Shown here one piece after another: positions 14,085-34,740 of a stretch of 64,000 nt of DNA; position 1 is the stretch's first letter, and every line of letters starts with the position of its first letter. A model generated the notes under the pieces. That model did not search any database. It saw nothing but the letters and a program-made list of their open reading frames with translations, and was not told the origin of the DNA. This DNA is from the human T2T-CHM13v2.0 reference genome, Homo sapiens. The stretch lies in assembly GCF_009914755.1 (NCBI RefSeq), contig NC_060925.1, one strand, 5' to 3'. Position numbers and translations under genes: made by a program.

Positions 14085-15081
14085 ATGGATTTTTCTTTTC
14101 TACCACATGGTCAGGCTGCAAATTTTCTAAACTTTTATGCTCTGCTTCTTTTTCAAATATAAGTTCCAGTTTTAGATCATCTCTTTGCTCACAAATATGG
14201 GCATAGGTTGCTAGAAGCAGCCAGGCCACATCTTGAACACTTTGCTGCTTAGACATTTCTTCTGCCAGATACCCTAAATCATCACTCTCAAGTTCAAAGT
14301 TACACAGATCCCTAGAGCAGGGGCACAATGCTGCCAGTCTCTGCTAAAACATAACAAGAATGACCTTTACTCCAGTTCCTAATAAGCTCCTCATCTCTAG
14401 TTGAGACCACCTCAGTCTGGACTTCATTGTCCATATCGCTATCAGCATTTTGGTCACAACAATTTAACAAGTCTCTCTGAAGTTCCAAACTTTTCCTCAT
14501 CTTCCAGACTTCTTCTAAGTCCTCCAAAGTGTTCCAACTTCTGCCCGTTTTCCAGTTCCAAAGCCACTTCCACATTTTCAGGTATCTTTATAGCAATGTC
14601 CCACTCCTGGCACCAATTTCTGTATTAGTCAGTTATTGAATTGCTATGAGGAACTGCCCAAGACTGGGTAATTTATAAAGAAAAGAGGTTTAATTGGTTC
14701 ATGGTTCTGCAGGCTATATAGGAAGCATGGGTGGGGAGGCCTCAGGAAACTTACAATCATAGCAGGGAAGGCAAAGAGGAAGGAGGGATGTTTTACAAGG
14801 CTGGAGCAAGAGGAAGAGAGCAAAGAGGGAGGTGTTACACATTTTTAAACAACCAGATCTTGTGAGAACTCACTATCACAAGAACAGCAAGGGGGAAATC
14901 CACCCCCATAATCTAATCACCTCCTACCAGGCCCCTCTTCCAATACTGGGAATTACAAATGGACTTAAGATTTGGGTGGAGACATAAATCCAAACCATAT
15001 CAGGGTCCAACTTCACTCTTTTACATGTCACTATCCAGTATGTTAGTACCATTTATTTAAAGACTATGCTTTTTGCATTGA

Positions 15082-15488
<407 letters not shown>

Positions 15489-16918
15489 ACAGCTCACTGT
15501 CTTTATTACATTAAATTTGCATAAATTCTGATGTCAGGAAGTATGAATCTTCTGATCTTTTCCAAGATTGCTTTGCCTCTTCCAAGTCCCTTGAACTTCC
15601 ATATGAATTTTAGAATCAGTTTGTCAAATTTTGCAAAAATGCCAGCTGGGATTATGAAAGGGATTGTGTTGAAGGTATAGATAAATTTGGAGAGTATTGT
15701 CATTTTAATAATATTGTCCTCTGGCTCATAAACATGAGATGTCTTTCCATTTATTTCAATCTTTAATTTCCTACATAATGTATTGCACTTTTCACAGAAT
15801 AAGTTTTGTATTTTTGTTAAATTTATTCCTAAGGATTTTATTCTTTTTGATGGCATTATAAATAGATTTTCTTAGTTTCATTTTTAGATTCCTTATTGCC
15901 AGAATTGCTTTCTTGTATATTAATCTTGCATCCTGCAGCCTTGCTGAATTTATTAGTTCTAACAGTTTTTTAGCCAATTCCTTAAAATTTTCTATATACT
16001 AGATTATGTCATCTGCAAATATAGATAATTTTACTTCTTCCTTTCCATTCTGAATGTCTAATAAAATTTAATCTCTTGCCTAATTGTCCTGAATAGATAA
16101 TCTGTGTAGTATTTTATTATGTGACTATACTATAATTTGTGTATCCATTTTACTATTGTGTATTCAACTTAGTTTTGGATTATTTTGGCTATTACAAATA
16201 ATACTGCTATAAGTATTTTTACATATCTTCTGGTGTGCATATGCATTAATTAATTGCTATTGGGTATATATTTAGGACGGGAATTACTGAATCATAAGGT
16301 ATGCATATGTTCAGCTTTACTATTTACTGATGAACAATTTTCTAAAGTGATTTTATCAAGTTTTACTCTCACCAGACGGACATGAGAGTTTGTTACTCCG
16401 TGTTCTTACCAACTTTTGGTATTGTCAGTTTCACACAATATGAACCATTCTGGTGGGTGTGTAATGGTATCTCATTGTGGTTTTATTTTTATTCTCCCAA
16501 TGATTAATGATGCTGAACAACTCTTTACATGTTTATTGGTTATTTGAATTCCTCTATTGTAAAACACTGCCTCAAATATTTTATCCATTTTAAAAGAAGT
16601 TTGTCTTTTTCTTATTCATTTGAAGGAATCTTTTAGATATTCTAGATAGGACTCTTGCTAGATACTGTACATGTATTACGAATTTCTTCTCTTCCTCCTT
16701 CCCTCCCTCCCTCCCTCCCTCCTTTCTTTCTTTCTTTCTTTCTGTCTGTCTGTCTTTCTGTCTTTCTTTCTTTCTTTCTTTCGAGATGGGAGTCTTGCTT
16801 TGTTGCCTAGCCTGGCGTCAAGTGATCCTCCCACCTCAGCCTCCTCAGTGGTTGTGACTACAGGCACACACCACTGTGCCTAGCTCACTCTTTTAATGGC
16901 ACCTTTGGAATTTCTTAA

Positions 16919-17257
<339 letters not shown>

Positions 17258-18035
17258 AATTTCTTAATTTTCAAACAATCAAAAATCAAATATAAGAATA
17301 TTTTTCCTTTCCTTATGGTGAATGCCTTTTGTGTGTTTTTAAATAAATCTTGCCTATCTTGAGGTCATATAGATATTTTTATCTTGCAAAACTAAAACTC
17401 TATATTCATTAAAAAAAAAAAGCCATTTTCCCCCCCAGCTTCTGGCAACCACCATTCTACACCTGTCTTTATGAATTTGACTACTCTTGGTACCTCATAT
17501 AAGTGAAATTCATACAGTATTTGTCCTTTTGTGACTGGCTTATTTACTTAGAATACTGTCCTTAGGGTTCATCCATGTTGAAGTATGTGTCAGAATTTCC
17601 TTCCTTTAAGACTGAATAATATCCCATTGTATGTATATACATTTTGTTTATTTGTTCATCTGTTGAAGGATACTCGAGTTGCTTCCACCTTTTGGCTATT
17701 GTAAATAATACTACTGTGAACATGGGTGTACAAATATGTTTGAGACCCTGCTCTCAATTCTTTTATGTATATGCCTAGAAGTGGAATTGCTATGGTATAT
17801 CCATAATTCTGTTTTAAATCTTTTGGGGAGCTGCCATATCATTTTCCATAGTAGCTGCACCATTTTTACAATCCTACCAACAGTGCACAAGGATTCCAAT
17901 TACTCTATATCCTTGCCAATACTTGTTATTTTCTGTTTATTTAAAAAATATAATAGCCACTCTAATGGATGTAAGATGGTATCTCATTGTGGTTTTGATT
18001 TACATTTACATTTACCTAGTGGTTAGGGATGTTGA

Positions 18036-18422
<387 letters not shown>

Positions 18423-19230
18423 TAAATTGGAGTTTTTGCTGTTGTTGTAGAAATTCTTTATACATTCTGGATATTAACCCCTTTTCAGATATATGATTTG
18501 CGAATATATTCACTCATTCAATTGGTTACCCTTTCACTCTGTTTCTTGTGACTTTTGAGGCACAGGAATTTTAAATTTTGATGTAGTCCAAGTGATCTAT
18601 ATTTTATTTTGTTGCCTGTGCTTTTGGTGTAATATTCAAGAAATCACTGCCAAATCCAATGTCATGAAGCTTCCCCTTATGTTTTCTTCTACACATTTTA
18701 TAGTTTTAGGTCTTACGTTTAGGTCTGTGATCCATTTTGGGTTACTTTTTGTATGTGGTTTAAGGTCCAACTTCATTCTTTTGCATGTAGATATCCAGTT
18801 TTCACACCACCATTTGCAGAAAAGACTGTTCTTTTCCTATTTAATGGTACTGACACCCTTGTCAAACATCATTTGACCACATAGAGGTTTATTTTTGGGC
18901 TCTCCAGTCTATTCCATTGGTCTTTATGTTTATCTTTATGCCAGTACCACACTGTTTTTATTACTGTGGCTTTATAGTAAGTTTTGAAATCAAGAGACCT
19001 CTGACTTTGTTTTTCTTTTTCTTTTTTATTATACTTTAAGTTTTAGGGTACATGTGCACATTGTGCAGGTTAGTTACGTATGTATACATGTGCCATGCTG
19101 GTGTGCTGCACCCACTAACTCGTCATCTAGCATTAGGTATATCTTCCAATGCTATCCCTCCCCCTCCCCCACCCCACAACAGTCCCCAGAGTGTGATATT
19201 CCCCTTCCTGTGTCCATGTGATCTCATTGT

Positions 19231-23041
<3,811 letters not shown>

Positions 23042-23104
23042 TATGATGTTAGCTGGTGATTTTGCTCGTTAGTTGATGCAGTTTATTCCTAGTCTCGATG
23101 GTCT

Positions 23105-24117
23105 TTACATTTTGGCATGATTTTGCAGCGGCTGGTACCGGTTGTTCCTTTCCATGTTTAGCGCTTCCTTCAGGAGCTCTTTTAGGGCAGGCCTGGTGGT
23201 GACAAAATCTCTCAGCATTTGCTTGTCTGTAAAGTATTTTATTTCTCCTTCGCTTATGAAGCTTAGTTTGGCTGGATATGAAATTCTGGGTTGAAAATTC
23301 TTTTCTTTAAGAATGTTGAACATTGGCCTCCACTCTCTTCTGGCTTGTAGGGTTTCTGCCAAGAGATCCGCTGTTAGTCTGATGGACTTCCCTTTGAGGG
23401 TAACCCGACCTTTCTCTCTGGCTGCCCTTAACATTTTTTCCTTCATTTCAACTTTGGTGAATCTGACAATTATGTGTCTTGGAGTTGCTCTTCTCGAGGA
23501 GTATGTTTGTGGCATTCTCTGTATTTCCTGAATCTGAACGTTGGCGTGCCTTGCTAGATTGGGGAAGTTCTCCTGGATAATATCCTGCAGAGTGTTTTCC
23601 AACTTGGTTCCATTCTCCCCATCACTTTCAGGTACACCAATCAGATGTAGATTTGGTCTTTTCACATAGTCCCATATTTCTTGGAGGCTTTGCTCATTTC
23701 TTTTTCTTTTTTCTCTAAACTTCCCTTCTCACTTCATTTCATTCATTTCATCTTCCATTGCTGATATCCTTTCTTCCAGTTGATCACATCAGCTCCTGAG
23801 GCTTCTGCATTCTTCACATAGTTCTCGAGCCTTGGTTTTCAGCTCCATCAGCTCCTTTAAGCACTTCTCTGTATTGGTTATTCTAGGTATACATTCTTCT
23901 AAATTTTTTTCAATGTTTTCAACTTCTTTGCCTTTGGTTTGAATGTCCTCCCGTAGCTCAGAGTAATTTGATCATCTGAAGCCTTCTTCTCTCAGCTCTC
24001 AAAGTCATTCTCCATCGAGCTTTGTTCCCTTGCTGGTGAGGAACTGCGTTCCTTTGGAGGAGGAGAGGCGCTCTGCGTTTTAGAGTTTCCAGTTTTTCTG
24101 TTCTGTTTTTTCCCCAT
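23105..24117 (-). pseudogene. L1 ORF1p, frameshifted
   Basis: ATG at 24117 (MGKKQ). The C-terminal 186 aa are intact (...RNNRYQPLQNHAKM). The 1013-nt span is not a multiple of 3. Confidence 0.9.
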
Positions 24118-25017
24118 CTTTGTGGTTTTATCAACTTTTGGTCTTTGATGATGGTGATGTACAGATGGGTTTTTGGTGTGGATGTCCTTTCTGTTTGTTA
24201 GTTTTCCATCTAACAGACAGGACCCTCAGCTGCAAGTCTGTTGGAATACCCTGCTGTGTGAGGTGTCAGTGTGCCCCTGCTGGGGGGTGCCTCCCAGTTA
24301 GGCTGCTCAGGGGTCAGGGGTCAGGGACCCACTTGAGGAGGCAGTCTGCCCGTTCCCAGATCTCCAGCTGCGTGCTGGAAGAACCACTACTCTCTTCAAA
24401 GCTGTCAGACAGGGACATTTAAGTCTGCAGAGGTTACTGCTGTCTTTTTGTTTGTCTGTGCCCTGCCCCCAGAGGTGGAGCCTACAGAGGCAGGCAGGCC
24501 TCCTTGAGCTGTGGTGGGTTCCACCCAGTTGGAGCTTCCCGGCTGCTTTGTTTACCTAAGCAAGCCTGGGCAATGGCGGGCGCCCCTCCCCCAGCCTCCC
24601 TGCCGCCTTGCAGTTTGATCTCAGACTGCTGTGCTAGCAATCAGCGAGACTCCGTGGGCGTAGGACCCTCCGAGCCAGGTGCGGGATATCATCTCGTGGT
24701 GCGCCGTTTAAGCCAGTCGGAAAAGCGCAGTATTCGGGTGGGAGTGACCCGATTTTCCAGGTGCGTCCGTCACCCCTTTCTTTGACTCGGAAAGGGAACT
24801 CCCTGACCCCTTGCGCTTTCCAAGTGAGGCAGTGCCTTGCCCTGCTTCGGCTCGTGCACGGTGCGCGCACCCACTGACCTGCGCCCACTGTCTGGCACTC
24901 CCTAGTGAGATGAACCCGGTACCTCAGATGGAAATGCAGAAATCACCCGTCTTCTGCGTCGCTCACGCTGGGAGCTGTAGATTCGGCCATCTTGGCTCCT
25001 CCCCGACTTTGTTTTTC

Positions 25018-25700
25018 GATTGTTTTGTCCCTTGAGATTTTATCTTAGTTTGACGTGGATTTTTTTTCATAGAATCATTGCCCAGGTAATTTTTTAATTT
25101 CTAAAAAGAAATCATTGAGATTTTGATAGACATTATGTCAAATCTGTAGATCCCTTTTGGTAATATTGACTTCTTAACAATATTATATCTTCCAATCTAT
25201 GAACATGGATTGGAAAGGATATTCTACTTAAGGGTGTCTTCCTTAATTTCTTTCACCAAAATTTGTAGTTTGCAGTGAACAAGTCTTTTGCCTCTAAGGT
25301 TATTCCTAAGTATTTTATCCCTTTGATGCTATTGTAAATAAAATTTTGTTCTTAATTTCCTTCTTGGATTGTTTGTTGTTAGTGCATAGAAAGACAACTG
25401 ATATTTGCATGTTGATTTTATATCTTGTAACTTTGCTAAATTGGTTTATTAGTTTCAACACTGTTTTTGTTGGGATTTTTAGGGTTTTCTACCTATAAGA
25501 CCAAGTTGTCTGTGAACAGAGATAATTTTACTTCTTCCTTTCCAACTTGGATGCCTTTTATTTCTTTTCCTTGCCTAATTTCTCTGGCTAAGACTTCTAG
25601 TACTATGTTGAATAGAGTGATAAAAAGAGACATTCTTGCTTCTAATTTAGAGGGAAAGCTTTCAGTCTTTCACCATTGAGTATGACGTTAGTTGTGGGCT
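25018..25700 (-). mobile_element. Continuation of the old L1M host
   Basis: ORF2 antisense sequence resumes after the TSD. Confidence 0.8.
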
Positions 25701-26210
25701 TTTCAAAGATATGCACAGCGGCTTTTAAACGTCTTGATTTTCCTAAGACTTTCACCCCTGCTTCTTCTCAGGGTCTTAGATGTTCCATTGTAATTCTCTG
25801 CCTGTAATCTCCCGCTCCAAGTGCCCTTGGGTCTACAGTTCTCCGGCAGTTTTCATGTGCCATGGCACCTGCCACTGCTTTCAGTGGGGTCCAACCTGCT
25901 ATCCAACTATGCCACCGTTCCCATCTAAGCTGAGTCAGATGAGATAAAAATCAGTTCCTCAGGCAGCCTCCAGACAAGACAGAACAGTGCAAACAAGTCC
26001 CAGTCTTTTCCCTCTGAAAGGGGAATTGTGTGACTTCCTCCTGACTGTGTTGCACTGAGGAGAAGGTAGGCAAGGGCTCAAAAAAAAAAAAAAAAAAAAA
26101 AAAGCAACACAATTTCCTACTGTGTTAAGTGTTGCTTTGTCTTGATTGGGTGTTTAATTGATTGGTTGCTGCAGATCCTTGACTGGTTTCTACAGCTCCT
26201 ACAACTGTAA

Positions 26211-26513
<303 letters not shown>

Positions 26514-26846
26514 TCTGATTTTCAGTAAATACGTTGTCATTTACTTGATGTTTCCATGGGAGAACAGGGACCTGGAGCTTCTGCCATCTTGCTGACATCA
26601 CCATAACATAACTCTTTAGACTTCCAAGTCTTGTCTTTTTAAAAACGTTCACATTTAGTTCTATGATCCAATTTGAATTGGATTTTTGCATGAATACCTG
26701 GTTTTGAATTGTAACTCCACCATGTTATTTCAATGTGGCCTTAACCTCTCTGGGCCTCAGTTCCTTCATCAGTAAGATGAGGGGCAAAATAGCATTGGGA
26801 GGATTCTGCATTTACATCTGAAGAACTTAGAAACACAACTGAAAAA

Positions 26847-27521
<675 letters not shown>

Positions 27522-29904
27522 TAGTACATTTAATAAATGTTACTTGCCATTAATATTTCTGTAGATTTTTGATCAACTTTTGCTCTGGAAGATCAGAGGG
27601 GACTGACCTAATTAGGTCTGATAAAAGGCTTAACTTTATCACTTAGCATTGCTTGAGTATTTTACTGGCCTGGTGGGTGTACTGAGAAAAGCAGGCTTAT
27701 GTTTCAACAGTGGACTCTATTGTGCGAAATAAATATGAGTCTCCTCCCTCTTTGCTGTTGCCTTATTTGTACTAGCATGCCAGTTTGAATACACAGTGTT
27801 CATGTCAATATTTTTGTTGATCAATTTATCAGCTCAATTTATAGAAACTTTCAGAGTCTTCCTTATTGATGTGTTTCCTGGGGCAAGGCCCATTGTTTTG
27901 CTTAACATTTCCTAGAACCTAGATGGGCCTCTGTACTCAGTTGCCCCAAGAATTTTGATCAAAACATGGACCAGGCTTTGGTATTAAATTTCCAAAGCCT
28001 GGAGGCTGAAAGCAGTTTGGAAAAGAGTTGATTCACTTTAAGCAGTTCTTCCTCGTGGGTGTGTGTGTGTGTGTGTGTGTGCGTGTTTGATTTTAAAGAT
28101 TTCTGGAATACTTTCTAAATACAGAAAAATATGCAAATGAATATAACAAAAATATAACAATCATCCTTGTATCCATCATCCAGGTTTAACACCTTTTAAC
28201 TTTTTGCTATAATTGTATCAATCCATTCTTCCCCAGAAGTAGACACTATTCTGAAATTAGTGTATATTCTTCTGTTGATGTTTATAGTCTTTTATCAAAT
28301 ATGGATTTATTAAAAAATAATATTATATATAGTATTATTTTGTTCTCATATTTTAAATATAAAATAATGTATGTTTTACTTTTTCTGATTTGTTTTTTTC
28401 ACTCAACATTCTTGTTAATGACTTATCTATGCTGATACATGGATCGTTGTAGTGGGTTCATTGTTAACTGTTGCATAGAATTTCATCCCCTAAATATTCC
28501 ACAATTTATTTATTCACTCACCTACTGAAGGACACACACACTGTATAGATAGTGTTTAATTTCCATTTACCTTTCTTCTTTAGTTTTATATTTATTTATT
28601 ACTAATTCATCTTCATACTTTCCCCACTATTGTCTAAGTTTTCTCCCAAATTCAGATACACAAGATTTTCTTAAAACTTCATCTTGTTGAAGATCTCTTT
28701 TCTGGAGCCTTCTGAGTTGCTTCAACCTGGTTTGGTTACTTTGTTATCATCCTGAAGTCTCACTTTTCTCTCATATTGGGGATGCCTTCTTGGCTTCTCT
28801 CCTGTGCTAGAGTCTCCGTTCCTCTGCCCCTCATCTCTGCACCCATTCAATGGTGCTTCGTGTTTATGCAAGGAGCTGTGGTAGAGGGATTAGAAGCATA
28901 AGCTTCAGAAGGAGACAGATCTAGGTTGAATCTTTGTTTATCACAATTATGAGCAAATGTATTATCTTCACTTAGCTTCAATTTCTACATTTATAAGGTG
29001 GACATAAAACACCCATCTCACAGAGTTGCCATGAAGATTAAGTGAAATGCTATTTCAGCTGATATTTGTGCTACACATATTTTCCCCCAGACTACACCGT
29101 AACTTTTCAATTTGTTTGTTGTACCTTTAGATACATAGACACATTTTATTTGTAGTCAAATGTATTATCCTACATAATTTACATTTTATATGTTCTGTAT
29201 CCTTCCCTACCCCAAGCTCATAAACAGATCATTATTATAATTTCTTTTAAAAGTTTAAAGTTTTGCTTTCACATCAAACTGATTATCTACCTGAAATGGA
29301 TCTGTATATATGGTGTGATATATAAGGCTCTGTTTTTTTAAATATGGGTAACCAATTGTCCTAAGATCAAATATTGAATAGACCATTTTTTCTACTTTGA
29401 TTTGTAGGGCTTACTTTTGTCATATTACTGTCCCATGTATGAAGGTCTGTTTCTGGTCTCTTTATTCTGTTTCAGTGGTCAAAAACCACACAATTTTAAT
29501 CACTATAATTTAAAAATAAACACTAATATCTTTAAAACACTAATATCTTTCTGTTCTTTCATAAAATTGATAAACTCTTATGTAAACTTACATTGTACTT
29601 TGTATTTTCTCTGGTGTTTCTATATACACAACCCAATTATTTATGAATGCTAGCAACTTTGTTTACTCATCAATTCTTAAACTCTATGTTTGTTTTTCTT
29701 GTCTTACTGCACTAGTCAGGACATCTAGTGCAATGTGAAGAGAAGTGGTAATTATGGGCATCTTTGTCTTGTTTCTGACTTAAATTATATGTAGTATTTT
29801 ACCATGAAGGTTGATGTTTGCTATAGATTTTTAGAAGATATACTTTTTAGGTTTAAGAAAGTTGCTGCTGGTTTTTTGTTGCTGTTGTTGTTGGTTTTTT
29901 CTTT

Positions 29905-30080
29905 TTTCTTTTTTTTTTTTTTTTTGAGATGGGTCTTGCTCTGTTGCCCAGGCTGGAATGCAGTGGCACAGTCATAGCTCACTGCAGCCTAGAACTCCTG
30001 GGCTCAAGTGATCTTCCCTCCTCAGCTGCCTGGGCTTCTTAAAGCACTGGGATTACAGATGTGAGCCACTGCACCTGGCC
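29905..30080 (-). mobile_element. Monomeric Alu (FRAM-like) within old L1M
   Basis: Single arm plus poly-T. Confidence 0.85.
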
Positions 30081-30687
30081 AAGAAAGCTTCTTTTAATCC
30101 TTATTTGCTAAAAGATTTTTTTTTTTGTACATATGAGATATGGTTTGCTAATGTATCGAGGCTCTTTACATCTCTCTTCGTAAATGAAACTGGTCTATGT
30201 ATTTTCTTTCTTCAGCTTTTTACTGGCTTTGGTATCAAATTAGATTGATTACCGTAAATGAATTTGAGAGCATTTCCCGCCCAGTGTCCCCCTTTTTGGA
30301 TTATTTGGAACAACTTGTGTAAAATTAGAATCATATGCCACTTGAATATTTGACGGAACTTGCCTTTAAAATTTCCAAGGTCCTTTTTTTAGTGGGGAGG
30401 GGGGCAGATTATTACAAACTATTAATTCTATCTATTTAAAGGTTATAGATCAATGTAGGTTTTAAGACTGTTTTTGGTAAATTATATCCTTACATAAGAT
30501 TGTCCATTTCATCTAAATTATATTTTTATATAAAAGTGTCCTTTTCATCAGTTTAAAAGTTATCTATTTTCAAATTTATTAGCATAAAGCTATTCATAGT
30601 ATTTTTCTTGTGATTTTACCAAGCCTTATCTGTGACCATACTTTGTTATTTATTTTCCTGGGACATGGTATAGTTCATCTCCAGTCA

Positions 30688-31062
<375 letters not shown>

Positions 31063-31345
31063 CAATAATTATTATTATTACTTTACACACTTGATATTTA
31101 TTTGTCATTTTTGTTGCCTGTAAATGTCTTTGTTTCACCCTTATTAGTGAAAGATCATTTTGCTGGATCTTGAACTCTAGGCTGACTATTGTTTTCTCTC
31201 AGCACTTTGCAGGTATTATTCCATTGTATTCTGACCTGTATTGCTGCTATGGAGTAGCCAGCTATCAATTTAACTGGCAGCCTTGCATAGGTAATCTCTC
31301 TTTTCTGGCTGCTTTTAAGACCTTCTGTTTGTCTTTTGTATTCAG

Positions 31346-32144
31346 TGTTACCACAACACCAGGGGCTTGGTGTGGGTCCTGCTGCTTGCCCCAGAGAAAG
31401 CCCATCACTGAGACCAGGATTATTGCCAAGGAAGAAGGCTTTAGGCTTTAATTGGGTGCTGTAGCCAAGGAGATGGGAGATCAGTCTCAAATCTGTCTCC
31501 CCTGATGACTGGAATTAGAGGTTTATATGGCAGGGAAGAAATATAACAATGTATAAGAAAACAGAAAATGTACCCCTCCCAAGGAACTAGGGAGGGGTAA
31601 GGAAGCAATAGTGATGAATGAGGTGTCTGGCATTTCATTGTCTGGATGCTGTGACCTGGTGAGTTTCAGCTCTTTGATACTTTTTTTGAGTGGCCTGAGG
31701 GTGTTGCTAAGAAGGAACTCAGATAAAACAAATGCAAGTTTCAAGCTTTAAGGGCCAGGCTTGGTGGCTCACGCCTGTAATCCCAGCACTTTGGGCAGCT
31801 GAGGTGGTTGGATCACGAGGTCAGGAGATCGAGACCATCCTGGCTCACACGGTGAAACCCCGTCTCTACTAAAAATACAAAAAAAAAATTAGCTGGGCGT
31901 GGCGGTGGGTGCCTGTAGTCCCAGCTACTCGGGAGGCTGAGGCAGGAGAATGGTGTGAACCCAGGAGGTGGAGCTTTCAGTGAGCTGAGATCATGCTACT
32001 GCACTCTAGCCTGGGCGATACAGTGAGACTCCGCCTCAAAAAAAAAAAGAAAAAAGAAATTGACCAGAAGGGTCCATTTCTATGTTTATCCAAAAACAAA
32101 AAGACAACAAAAAAAGTGTCTATGGGACTATTGGGTTGATTTCA
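31346..32144 (-). mobile_element. ERV1 solo LTR (MER57-like), split by an AluY-like element at 31753-32058
   Basis: tgttaccacaacaccagggg...ggttgatttca termini resembling recalled MER57. The internal Alu is dimeric. Confidence 0.72.
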
Positions 32145-32427
32145 TCCAGCAGTTGACCATGTTGTATCCAGATGTGAATTTCTTTTTACTTATCCAGCTT
32201 GAGAATTTGTCAGACTTCTTTAATCTGTTGTTTTGTCTTTCATCAATTTGGGGGAATTTCTTCAAGTATTGTCTTTCTCCTATCTCTTTCCTGCTACATC
32301 AAATTTATACAACATGTTCTCTTCTATCTTATGTGGATGTGGCTTTTAAGTTCTTTTTCATGTTGTTCATCTCTTTGTCTTGAAGTAATTTCTTCAGTTT
32401 TTAATTCCAATTTACTAATTACCTTTT

Positions 32428-32720
<293 letters not shown>

Positions 32721-32727
<7 letters not shown>

Positions 32728-32987
32728 TTTATAATCCTTTGGGTGTATACCCAGTAATGGGATTGCTGGGTCAAATGGTATTTCTAGTTCTAGATCCTTG
32801 AGGAATTGCCACACTGTCTTCCACAATGGTTGAACTAATTTACAGTCCCACCAACAGTGTAAAGGCTTTCCTATTTCTCCACATCCTCTCCAGCATCTGT
32901 TGTTTCCTGACTATTTAATGATTGCCATTCTAACTGGCAGGAGATGGTATCTCATTGTGGTTTTGATTTGCATTTCTGTAATGACCA
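32721..32987 (-). mobile_element. L1PA ORF2 3' fragment
   Basis: Highly similar to about 19496-19745 of the full-length L1 in this window. Confidence 0.92.
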
Positions 32988-32990
32988 TTC

Positions 32991-33298
32991 TTTTTTTTTT
33001 CTTTTTTTTTTTTTGTTGAGACGGAGTCTCCCTCTGTCGCCCAGGCTGGAGTGCAGTGGCACAATCTCGGCTCACTGCAAGCTCCGCCTCCCAGGTTCAC
33101 GCCATTCTTCTGCCTCAGCCTCCTGAGTAGCTGGGACTACAGGCACCCGCCACCACGCCCGGCTAAGTTTTTGTATTTTTGGTAGAGATGGAGTTGCACC
33201 GTTTTAGCCAGGCTGGTCTCAATCTCCTGACCTCGTGATACTCCTGTCTCAGCCTCCCAAAGTGCTGGGATTACAGGTGTGAACCACCGTGCCTGGCC
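32991..33298 (-). mobile_element. AluY-like
   Basis: Dimeric Alu with TSD taatgaccattctt. Confidence 0.95.
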
Positions 33299-33368
33299 TC
33301 TAATGACCATTCTTGATGGGACTTTAAATTGAATAGTGCCCTTTTGGAAGCATCCATTAAAAGTTAGT

Positions 33369-33417
<49 letters not shown>

Positions 33418-34479
33418 CACACACATATATATACACACATATATATATGTTTGGCCTAGCAATAAAAATTTGTATTATTGTTATGTTATGATGTCATTAT
33501 ATCCTCTACCTTAGAAAAAAGACATTATATCCTCTACCTTAGAAAAAATCATATTTCTTTATATTCACACACGTAATGTTAAAGCATATTTTTTTAAAGT
33601 GTGGAAGCAGACTTAACCTCTGGTATGAGGACTGGTGCTGAAGAGAGGATCGAAGAGAACCTTTACTTATTTGTATTTGAACGTTTATAATGAGCATATT
33701 AATGGCTACTCGTGTAATTAGAAAAAAAATAAAAGAAATCACAAATAATAGCAATTAAAACTTGAGAGGTTTCTGATGCAGCCAGGATGTACTAGCCCTT
33801 GCACTGTCACTTAAGAACCAGCAAAGCCAACTTTGAAGGCTCCTAATAGCACTGATCTTCAGTGACTGGTTTGCATGTCAAGGATAGCTGAAGGTGGATT
33901 AAAAACTTCTCAGGCAGACACATAATCACCTGAATTCAGGGACCTGCCTTAGAATTGTGTATGACACTTCGCAGTCATAATCACAGGCCCCCGGCTTTGA
34001 GCTGCTGAGAATCTCGCACAAGCTCTGCATTAGGCTGACACTTCCCAGGAGGATATAAGAACTGCCAATTATACAGAGAGCTACGCTCTGTAATATCTTG
34101 ACAGTCTCCACTCTCTCTCTTTCCTCCTCCTGCTATGAGGCTCCAAGTTTATTCCCCAGTTACTGGGGGCCACTCCTGGGTCCCTCTGCCTCGGAAGTCT
34201 TCCCTCCTGGCTGTGGCCCAATTAAGCCACAGTTGAGTTGCTCAGAAGTGAGAATTCCTGGGAGGCTTGTTAAGTTCAGTGCTTCAGGAAATGGAAGGAA
34301 CATCATTAAGAACTTCAGCTTAATAGGCAGCTGGGCCAACACCAGCTGCAAAGCAGAAAAAGTGTAAGTGACTCAGTGTCCCTCAGAGGCATCAAAAAAA
34401 ACTTGTTTTAACTTTTACCTAATTCTATCCCAAGTGTGTACACTAGCTACGAAGCACATACCCAAGACACCTTCACTTT

Positions 34480-34740
34480 CCCCACCACTATCACTCTGTT
34501 ATTTTCATCATGTATCATTACAACCTCATCACCCATCAGTATTCTCATCATCGCTTTGATTCACCGTCATCCCAGAACTATCATCCTTTTCCTATTACAC
34601 TATCATTCTCAGTATTATCACCAACTCATCATTTAACCATTATTATCACCATCAGTATTATAATCACCCCCATTATCATTGCAAACACCATCATTCAGCT
34701 GCACCATTTCACCACTCCCATGGCCACAACCATAATATAC
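34480..34740. repeat. Degenerate (CAT/ATC)n low-complexity tract
   Basis: Repeated catcac/attatc triplets. Confidence 0.8.

Larger units (their letters stand above)
10519..15002 (-). mobile_element. Two-LTR MaLR element (MST-type) with internal region, interrupted by LTR12 and THE1
   Basis: LTRs at 14621-15002 and 10519-12635 (split), both tgtattagtc...catatca, with internal MaLR sequence between them. TSD gagtc/gggtc. The host L1 resumes at 15003. Confidence 0.9.
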
